Shown here one piece after another: positions 27,299 through 34,545 of a stretch of 37,870 nt of DNA (its first letter is position 1; each line of letters starts with the position of its first letter). The stretch is taken from assembly GCA_016937995.1 (NCBI GenBank), contig JAFGVM010000022.1:1-37870 (forward strand). Reading direction: 5' to 3'. Source of the stretch: Candidatus Delongbacteria bacterium. GTDB taxonomy: Bacteria > UBA4055. Both the position numbers and the translations under genes were made by a program. The notes under the pieces are model-generated. The model was given only the letters and a program-made list of their open reading frames with translations. It was not told the origin of the DNA and did not search any database.

Positions 27299-28323
27299 CT
27301 GTTTTTCCTCCAGATTTCTCTTCTATATTTATCAAATTTTTTCTTGTCATTTATATGACCGTCCAGTGTCGAATTGAAATAATGTCCTCCGTCACCTCTG
27401 GCGACCATATATATATACGGTTTGTCGGAAGGACTCAGAGCTGCTTTAATACATGCGTAAGAGGGATTATTTATCGGTCCGGGGGGCAGACCTTTATACA
27501 TGTAAGTATTGTATGGATCGTCAATTTTGATATGTCTTTCTCTGAGTCTTGTGGGCTTATCCAGGATATACTGAACTGTGGGATCAGCCTGTAGCAGCAT
27601 ACCTTTTTTTAGCCTGTTGTTATACACAGCACTAATATCGTAGACTTCAGATGAGTCCATGACCTCACCCTGAATTATTGATGCAAGGGTTATTATTTCA
27701 TGCAGTGAAAATTTACTTTTTGAAATATCATCCATAATAGGATCAAGCTTACTGAATGTATTATCCACCATTCTTCTTATTATCTCTTCCGGACTGTCAT
27801 TTTCATTGAAATTATATGTCTCGGGGTAGAGGTAGCCTTCAAGATCTCTTGCTTTTATATTGTATTGTTCCAAGAGGTCTTTGTTCTTGGTCAGAGAAAC
27901 AAAAGTTGCAGAGTCAATATTCATCGTTTTTTTTAGTACTCCTGCTATCTCACTTATTCTATATCCTTCCGGGATAGTGACGTTCCTGGTCAAAATACCT
28001 CTCCTGGTAAGAAAGATTGCAAGCTGCTTCACTGTAAATTCAGTATTCTCGGGTATATAGAATCTTCCATATCTTAACTTACTGTCCAGACCGAACCATT
28101 TTGCAACGAACTTCAGATCAAAATCAGAAATATCTATATCGTTCTGCCTAAGGATACCGGCTATGTTGTTTATTGTGGAATTCTTTGGTATTTCGAACAT
28201 GAAAGAAGGTCTTTCGTCTATCACGACTTTGTTTATTACCATTAAATCCAGTAATATAAAGCCGAAAGTAACCATCATGAAGATCAGTGCTAATAGATTT
28301 AAGATAATTTTACTTCTTTTCAA
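27295..28323 (-). CDS. mltG: Endolytic transglycosylase MltG
   Basis: N-terminal TM, 'VTIPEGY', 'LEGYLYPETY', 'LASIIQGE', 'NRLKKGMLLQADPTVQY', 'PYNTY..GLPPGPINNP'. Confidence 0.95.
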   Translation of the reverse strand: MKRSKIILNLLALIFMMVTFGFILLDLMVINKVVIDERPSFMFEIPKNSTINNIAGILRQNDIDISDFDLKFVAKWFGLDSKLRYGRFYIPENTEFTVKQLAIFLTRRGILTRNVTIPEGYRISEIAGVLKKTMNIDSATFVSLTKNKDLLEQYNIKARDLEGYLYPETYNFNENDSPEEIIRRMVDNTFSKLDPIMDDISKSKFSLHEIITLASIIQGEVMDSSEVYDISAVYNNRLKKGMLLQADPTVQYILDKPTRLRERHIKIDDPYNTYMYKGLPPGPINNPSYACIKAALSPSDKPYIYMVARGDGGHYFNSTLDGHINDKKKFDKYRREIWRKNR

Positions 28324-28325
28324 TT

Positions 28326-29207
28326 CTATTCCAGCTCCCTGATCAATTTTTCAATATTTTCTTCTCTGATATATTTTGCACCGAGAACTTTTATCAATTC
28401 ATATGAAACAAATTTCTTTTTTCCGGTCTTATCCACATCAAATACCACCTTGCCTACTTTTTCACCATCACTTCCGTTCTGAACGTAAACTTTTGTATCA
28501 ACAAGTCTCGGATAGTAGAATTCATAGTCATTATGACCACCGATCAACAGGTCATATCCTTCAACGTGATCCAATGTTTTTACAATTCCTTCCCTGTTCA
28601 GATGAGCTAGAATGACCACAATATCACTCTCTTTTCTCAATTTATCGAGAGTATTTCTTAATTTATCAAAAGCTTTATCGACGATTATATCTCCATCAGC
28701 GATAGTCTCTGTTTTAATTAAATATCTGAATCCGGTATTGAAATTTACTCCTGTAACACCTATTTTGATCCCGTTATCAAGTGTGATTATTTTATATTCA
28801 TCCATCTTAAGATCTTTATTCATGAAGCTCAGATTTGTAGAAACAAAAGGAAGTTTACTGCTAAGTTTATTTTTATAGAAATTCATTCCATTTATGAATT
28901 CCTGATCTCCGGGACAAATCGCATCATAGCCTAAGTTGGGATAAATTTCAGCCACAATATCATCGTCACTGTTCGAACCGAACTGATTAAGTATATCTCC
29001 TGTATCCACGAATATCATATTAGGCTGTTCAGTCTTCAGACTGTCAAATAAAGTTTTTCTCTCAGCAAGACCGCCGAGTCTTTCTATAGGTCAACCGCAA
29101 TCTCTATAATATCCGTTATTACTTCCACTGAACACAATCGTGGCCTGTTTTGCCATGATCATATTTATCGTCAGTACCAAAAAAAATATTGTCGTTCTTT
29201 TTATCAT
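28326..29207 (-). CDS. UshA-like (5'-nucleotidase N-terminal fold) selenoprotein, 293 aa, Sec at residue 39 (C-G-U)
   Basis: The frame of the 28326..29018 ORF extends upstream through one TGA (29091-29093) to ATG 29207: MIKRTTIFFLVLTINMIMAKQATIVFSGSNNGYYRDCG*PIERLGGLAERKTLFDSLKTEQPNMIFVDTGD. Family motifs lie on both sides of the TGA, with a SECIS-like hairpin downstream. Confidence 0.85.
29061..29078 (-). promoter_or_regulatory. Putative bacterial SECIS element
   Basis: mRNA reads UGA-12 nt-CUCGGC[GGUCUU]GCUGAG. The apical loop starts with GG, 18 nt after the UGA. Confidence 0.7.
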
Positions 29208-29325
29208 ACCTACACTCTAGTAGTTAATGAGCAATTACTTCCAAAGAAATAAATATATATAATTAATCTAACATAGTCAACGAGGCAGTTGGCAAAATAT
29301 GTCACACTTTTTTCAAAATAATTAC

Positions 29326-29354
29326 TTGAAAATCAAACTTCTATGGGATACATT
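29326..29354 (+). promoter_or_regulatory. Putative sigma70 promoter for the FemAB-like gene
   Basis: TTGAAA-17 nt-TACATT. Confidence 0.4.
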
Positions 29355-29390
29355 AGTTAAAACAAATTAAATCAAAATTTTAGGTCCCGC

Positions 29391-30338
29391 ATGGATGATA
29401 AATTAAAATACAGACTTTTCTGTGAAGAAGAGAAAGAGTTACCGATATTTTTCAGAGACTGGTGGCTGGATTCGGTTACTGATCCATCTGAATGGGATAT
29501 TATTTTGATAGAGAAAGACAATAATATCATAGCTGTATTTCCATTCTTTAAAGCAAAAATACATGGCTTTAATTTCATTGTTCAACCTAAACTTACACAG
29601 TTTTCAGGTCCGTGGATAAGATATCCTGAAAATATGAAGTACGCAGCTAAACTCAGCTATGAAAAGAAAATTTTCAATGAAATTATTGAAAAACTTCCTA
29701 GCTTTGACATGATGGATATTAATTTTCATTACTCCATCGATAATTGGCTGCCATTCTACTGGAAGGGTTACAAACAGACAACAAGATATACATACGTGAT
29801 AGAGAATATTAAAAACCTTGAAAATGTTTACGATAATTTTCAAAGCAATATCAGAACTGACATAAAGAAAGCTGAGAAGATAGTTACGATCACTCCAACA
29901 GATAACCTGCAGAAATTCTATGAACTTAACTCCAGTACGTTCAACCGGCAGGGAATAGATATGAGTTACTCTTATGAATACCTGAGAAGAATGGACAATA
30001 TTCATAAGGCAAATGATTCCAGAAGGATCACTTTTGCTGTTGATAATGAAGGAAATGTTCATTCAGCAATTTATGTTGTATGGGATAAGAACAGTGCCTA
30101 TTATCTTATGAGCGGAAGCGATCCTGAGTTCAGAAGCAGTGGTGCTACGAGTTTTTTATTATGGGAAGCTATCCAGTTTGCATCAACTGTTGTTGACAAG
30201 TTTGATTTTGAAGGAAGTATGATAGAACCAATCGAAAAATTCTTTAAAGGTTTCGGAGCCGTACAGAAACCATATTTCAATATTTCAAAATCCAATTCTA
30301 TTTTACTCAATATAGCACGTCTATTAAAGCTTTTATAG
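29391..30338 (+). CDS. FemAB-like / GNAT-fold acyltransferase of the type found in polysaccharide loci
   Basis: 'PKLTQFSGPW', 'NWLPFYWKGYKQTTRYTY', 'NIRTDIKKAEK', 'SGATSFLLWEAI' and 'FDFEGSMIEPIEKFFKGFGA'. Confidence 0.85.
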   Translation: MDDKLKYRLFCEEEKELPIFFRDWWLDSVTDPSEWDIILIEKDNNIIAVFPFFKAKIHGFNFIVQPKLTQFSGPWIRYPENMKYAAKLSYEKKIFNEIIEKLPSFDMMDINFHYSIDNWLPFYWKGYKQTTRYTYVIENIKNLENVYDNFQSNIRTDIKKAEKIVTITPTDNLQKFYELNSSTFNRQGIDMSYSYEYLRRMDNIHKANDSRRITFAVDNEGNVHSAIYVVWDKNSAYYLMSGSDPEFRSSGATSFLLWEAIQFASTVVDKFDFEGSMIEPIEKFFKGFGAVQKPYFNISKSNSILLNIARLLKLL

Positions 30339-30541
30339 AATATTTCGAATTTAGTTTACTATTTTTGTTTAATTCTAAATATATTCAATATTTTGATTTT
30401 ACTATAGAGCTATAAACAGTCCCAGTGCAAATTTAATTATCAGGTAATGTTGAGGCATTATTTATAACGCCCGAAGCGAAACGATCGAACACATATTTTG
30501 TTTAAAAGTATAAACCAGGAATGATAGAAGGTTATAAATCC

Positions 30542-30570
30542 TTGATTATTTGGAAAAATATTGATATTTT
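30542..30570 (+). promoter_or_regulatory. Putative sigma70 promoter for glmS
   Basis: TTGATT-17 nt-TATTTT, with TG of an extended -10. Confidence 0.4.
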
Positions 30571-30619
30571 CATCACTTTAATGAAAAAGCTTACTTATTA
30601 GAAGGGGAGACCTGCAGAT

Positions 30620-33349
30620 ATGGAATTTAGAAAACTGGCTGAAAAGATAAAGAACAAAGGAAAATTTACCATTAAGATACCTGTCCCTGCATTAGGTTGT
30701 GGTGTTCTTGGATTATCTTTTGCAAAATATGACGTAAATATGGGTAAATACGCTTCTCAATTATTGAAAAGCTTAGAGTACCGTGGATACGATTCGACAG
30801 GAGCTGCTATACAGGATGACAAAGGCAATATTACTCTCAAGAAAGATGTTGGTGCCCCGTCTGAACTGGTTAGAACACTCGGTATAACAGATATGGAGGG
30901 AAAAATTTTCTGCGGCCAGGTAAGATGGGCTACATTCGGAGCAGTAACGCAGGAGAATGCTCAACCACACATAGTAAAATGTAAAAAGCACATATACGGA
31001 GCTCATAACGGTAATATTACAAATACACATTTTTTAAAATCTTTCCTTTCAAAAGAAGGTCACCGGATCGTTAGTGATAATGATGGTGAAATGCTCGTCC
31101 ATACTGTGGAACATTATTTTGATATGCATCTTGAAAAATATCCTGACAGCAAACATAATGATCATGATATCAGAAGACAGGCCATGGTAAATGCAATTCT
31201 TGATGCAACTGAAAAGGCTGTAGGATCTTTTGCTGCAGTAATTGTTGATCCTGTGACTGAGAAATCTTATGCTATTAAAGCCGGAAGCAGTCTATATGCA
31301 GGAAAAGGTCAAATCGACGGTAACGATTTTATACTTCTTTCTTCAGATCTTACGGCTGTTTTAAAGTTCACGAAAGATCTAATCAATCTGAGAGAAGGTA
31401 ATTTTATAGAGTATGACAGTAGTGAATATCAGGTTTATTCATATAAGGATATGAAAATAAAGCAAAAAGACGGTTCGGTTATTGAAAGAAAGAAAGGCGA
31501 TAAAATTCAGATAGACATTACAAGAAGTAAATTGAGAGCTGAAGATACAGAATTACATCCTCAATTTCATTTCTTTATGCATCAGGAGATCTACAATCAG
31601 GTTGAAAGCTCAAAGAATTTGATTACTTTCTTTAATAAAGGAAGTAAAACGACGAACGATCTTGATGCTTTGCTGAGGAACAATAAGTTGAAATCAAATG
31701 TACTTGATATTTCAAAAGCGATCTACAGGACCGAGTCTTTGAAAGAACAGAGAGAAATATTTTCTAAATTCAAAGATAGTAAGGATTTCCAGAAAATAGC
31801 GGATGATATAGCCGAAACTTTACCTGAGTTGAATACAGCCGTGAAGAAGAAAGATTTTATCAAGTATGAATTCTATTCAAGATACTCAAATGTATTTCTG
31901 GATATCATTGAAGGTGTAGAATATAAGAAAGATAATATACTTGCGGCTAAAGTACTTGATATAGGTGCAGAGCTGAGGGAATTAAAGAAATTCCATGAAC
32001 ACGTTGATCTTTTCTCAAGCATTATATTTGATGCCTGGAAAAATCATTCTACGATATATACTATCTCATGCGGAACATCCTATAATGCAACAAAGACCGC
32101 AGCTTTATTCTTCAATGAAATAGCAGGAATTAAGATAGCACCTATTTTACCAGGTAACTTCAGAGGTCAGTATTCAAATTCTATCAGAGAAAATGATGTT
32201 CTTCTCGGTGTAAGTCAGAGTGGTGAGACAAAAGATCTTATAGATATTTTCAATGATATTGATGACAGTGGAATCAAAGTTAAGAAGATTACTATAATAA
32301 ACAATGAGAATTCTACTTTGGCTCAGGAGAAGTGTGATTTCTATCTTCCTATCAAGTGTGGTCCTGAAATAGCTGTTCCGGCTACAAAAAGTTATATGAA
32401 TCAGGTATTATTATTCTATTACCTGGCTATAAAAGTGGGTGAGAAGCGCCTTGACGAGATCGAGGATAAAAAGCTGAACAGATCAATGAAGGAAAAGCTT
32501 GACAGAATGAAAGAAAACCTTCAATATATTCCTGATCTGATCGATGAGACCATAAGAACCACAGAATCCCAGGTTGATAAGATGGCAGATTCATTATATA
32601 TGGAACCAAGTATCCATATCCTTGCTACCAAGGTCAGTTCTGTTGCCGAAGAAGGTTCGTTAAAGATCAGAGAAACTGTTCTAAACCATACTCAGGGTAT
32701 TGAAGGATCTGAATTTAAGCATGGTCCAAATACTATTTTAGGCTTCAATACTATCTTTGGAACAAGAGATATTGAGAAATTCGTTAAATACAATAAAACA
32801 ATGAATAAATATGCTCTTAAAAAGGCTCAGGAAGCTAAATTGAATGAGAAAGATACTGCAAACCTTTTAGCAGATATCAGCAGCTATATGATCGAACCGG
32901 TTAAACCATTTAACATTTCTCCGAAAGCAAATCAGATATTCAATGAAGTCACTGAAAAATTCAAACTTGTTGACTCTTTTGATACAAACTATCCTTTGAT
33001 ATTCTTAACAGGACCTGATACAAGGGATGTTAATCTGACCATCTCTCAGATAAATACTCATAAGATCAGAGGTGCAAATACATACCTGATCGCTGAAGAT
33101 AATGATGATCTTATTAACAATGCAAGGTCAATTCCATCAGGTGATAAGCATTATGAGTTCATTTATGTAAAGTTACCTAAGACCGATGATACTTTGCTTT
33201 CAACATTCTCCAGTATGGTCGTTTTACAGCTTCTGGCTTTTAAAATGAGTGTTAAAAAGATGAAATATCTTAATAAACTTCATGTACCGTTACATGGCGT
33301 TCACCCGGATGTTCCTAAGAATGTATCTAAAAGTATTACAGTAGATTAA
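30620..33349 (+). CDS. glmS: Glutamine--fructose-6-phosphate transaminase (isomerizing), atypical 909-aa form
   Basis: 'CGVLG', 'LEYRGYDSTG', 'RWAT', 'HNG', 'MHQEIYNQ', 'SCGTSY', 'SQSGETKD', 'GPEIAVPATKSY', 'EGSLKIRE', 'EFKHGP' and C-terminal 'PKNVSKSITVD'. Confidence 0.88.
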   Translation: MEFRKLAEKIKNKGKFTIKIPVPALGCGVLGLSFAKYDVNMGKYASQLLKSLEYRGYDSTGAAIQDDKGNITLKKDVGAPSELVRTLGITDMEGKIFCGQVRWATFGAVTQENAQPHIVKCKKHIYGAHNGNITNTHFLKSFLSKEGHRIVSDNDGEMLVHTVEHYFDMHLEKYPDSKHNDHDIRRQAMVNAILDATEKAVGSFAAVIVDPVTEKSYAIKAGSSLYAGKGQIDGNDFILLSSDLTAVLKFTKDLINLREGNFIEYDSSEYQVYSYKDMKIKQKDGSVIERKKGDKIQIDITRSKLRAEDTELHPQFHFFMHQEIYNQVESSKNLITFFNKGSKTTNDLDALLRNNKLKSNVLDISKAIYRTESLKEQREIFSKFKDSKDFQKIADDIAETLPELNTAVKKKDFIKYEFYSRYSNVFLDIIEGVEYKKDNILAAKVLDIGAELRELKKFHEHVDLFSSIIFDAWKNHSTIYTISCGTSYNATKTAALFFNEIAGIKIAPILPGNFRGQYSNSIRENDVLLGVSQSGETKDLIDIFNDIDDSGIKVKKITIINNENSTLAQEKCDFYLPIKCGPEIAVPATKSYMNQVLLFYYLAIKVGEKRLDEIEDKKLNRSMKEKLDRMKENLQYIPDLIDETIRTTESQVDKMADSLYMEPSIHILATKVSSVAEEGSLKIRETVLNHTQGIEGSEFKHGPNTILGFNTIFGTRDIEKFVKYNKTMNKYALKKAQEAKLNEKDTANLLADISSYMIEPVKPFNISPKANQIFNEVTEKFKLVDSFDTNYPLIFLTGPDTRDVNLTISQINTHKIRGANTYLIAEDNDDLINNARSIPSGDKHYEFIYVKLPKTDDTLLSTFSSMVVLQLLAFKMSVKKMKYLNKLHVPLHGVHPDVPKNVSKSITVD

Positions 33350-33373
33350 TATCTATTACATAAACATAATCGC

Positions 33374-33402
33374 AGAGACGCTCAACCAGAGCGTCTTTTT
33401 TT
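33374..33402 (+). terminator. Intrinsic terminator after glmS
   Basis: AGACGCTC-aacca-GAGCGTCT followed by a T run. Confidence 0.8.
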
Positions 33403-33658
33403 ATGCAATTTTTAGTTTGTCAACATATTTACCAGTAAAAAATTCCATTTCGTTAAAATAGGGAAGTTAAGGATCTCTAAGAAAGCATTTAATTTTTTCT
33501 CCACATATTTTTTCTTTAATTCACAGATCCAATTTACATTTCACACGTTATTCACACGTTATAACAATATGAATGTTAGTAAAATTCCATAGTACAAACA
33601 TTATTACACATACAGAACAAATACTTCAAAACATACCCAAAACCTTCAAACCGGCACA

Positions 33659-33686
33659 ATGTCGCATAATATATATTATGTAAACT
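33659..33686. other. dif-like XerC/XerD recombination site
   Basis: ATGTCGCATAA-TATATA-TTATGTAAACT has the 11-6-11 layout; compare E. coli dif GGTGCGCATAA-TGTATA-TTATGTTAAAT. Confidence 0.75.
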
Positions 33687-33937
33687 AATCGTATATATGA
33701 AAGGAAAGATTTGCAGTTCTGCCCTGTTTTAATAATTTAATTCTGCATATTACTTTTATTACTTGATTTATATAGTTTAAGGTGCATTTTCATTTTTTTA
33801 AACCCTTCTATTTTAACGAAATGCAATATCTTCAACATAATGTATTTAAATTTAAAAATATTTCATTGATTGCATTTGTTTGAAAAAAATTATACTTTTT
33901 ATCTAAATTGAAAATTAAAACAAATATGGAGTATTTT

Positions 33938-34447
33938 ATGAAATTCAGAAGAATTGTATTGGTATTGACTATTTCACTACTCTCTTTCACCTTATTCAAC
34001 TGTGGTAGTAAGAAAGAAGCTTCTTCCGAACAGACACTCGAAACTAAGAAGGTAGTTAAAGATGAGATCGATCTTAAAACTCAGGAAGGTTATGAGAAAG
34101 TGATCACTTCACTTGGTATAACAATATTCGAAAATTCTGAGCTAAAAGAACTTAAAAAATCAGATTTTTATGGAAATGAAGTGATTGAGTACACTATACC
34201 GGTTGGAGAAGGAACTCCATTTGCAGACCATAAAGCTGCAGAAGACAGCTTAAAATCATTCTATAAAGCTGAATTAGAGGCTAAATTGATCCCTGATGGT
34301 TGGAATAAGTCTATCGGTGGTGATGAAAACAGAATGATGTTCATTAAAACTGGCGGGAAAGTTAAAATGTTCACAGTATCGATCTTTCCTTCAATGGCTG
34401 AAAACGACAGTACTAAGAAAACTTATCTGTTCAACTATAGCGATTAA
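33938..34447 (+). CDS. Hypothetical lipoprotein
   Basis: ATG 33938 after GGAG; signal peptide 'MKFRRIVLVLTISLLSFTLFN-C'. Confidence 0.75.
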   Translation: MKFRRIVLVLTISLLSFTLFNCGSKKEASSEQTLETKKVVKDEIDLKTQEGYEKVITSLGITIFENSELKELKKSDFYGNEVIEYTIPVGEGTPFADHKAAEDSLKSFYKAELEAKLIPDGWNKSIGGDENRMMFIKTGGKVKMFTVSIFPSMAENDSTKKTYLFNYSD

Positions 34448-34450
34448 TGC

Positions 34451-34479
34451 AAAATAGGGTAGAACCTCTACCCTATTTT
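34451..34479. terminator. Bidirectional intrinsic terminator
   Basis: AAAATAGGGTAGA-acc-TCTACCCTATTTT between convergent genes. Confidence 0.8.
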
Positions 34480-34545
34480 AGTGGACAGTGGTCATTTCAT
34501 GTGGATCGCTATTTATAGGTTAGGTCTGCCAACTGTAAATTGCTA

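Noticed and set aside
29091-29093. Pseudogene (nonsense mutation) or genome-wide UGA=Trp/Gly recoding
   Set aside because: The TGA is in a CxU context with a SECIS-like hairpin, there are no other lesions in the frame, and other genes end in TGA. Sec insertion is the better explanation, though a pseudogene is not excluded without finding sel genes.
30460-30545. glmS ribozyme upstream of glmS (TATAACGCCCGAA and GAAGGTTAT resemble parts of the consensus)
   Set aside because: The cleavage-site AG is replaced by AA, the GACGAGG and GGCGGAU core elements and a P1 stem are missing, and a plausible promoter lies downstream of it. An Infernal search with the Rfam glmS model would settle it.
31600-32990. 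Inteins explaining the GlmS insertions
   Set aside because: No C/S-start and HN-C/S/T-end splice motifs and no LAGLIDADG motifs; the inserts look alpha-helical.
33320-33420. Tn7 insertion at attTn7 downstream of glmS
   Set aside because: No TGT-initiated Tn7 end at the expected distance, the terminator is intact, and there are no tns genes in the window.
33497-33610. CRISPR array or iteron-type plasmid origin
   Set aside because: The repeats are only 9-11 bp without unique spacers, there is no cas or rep gene, and the context is chromosomal.
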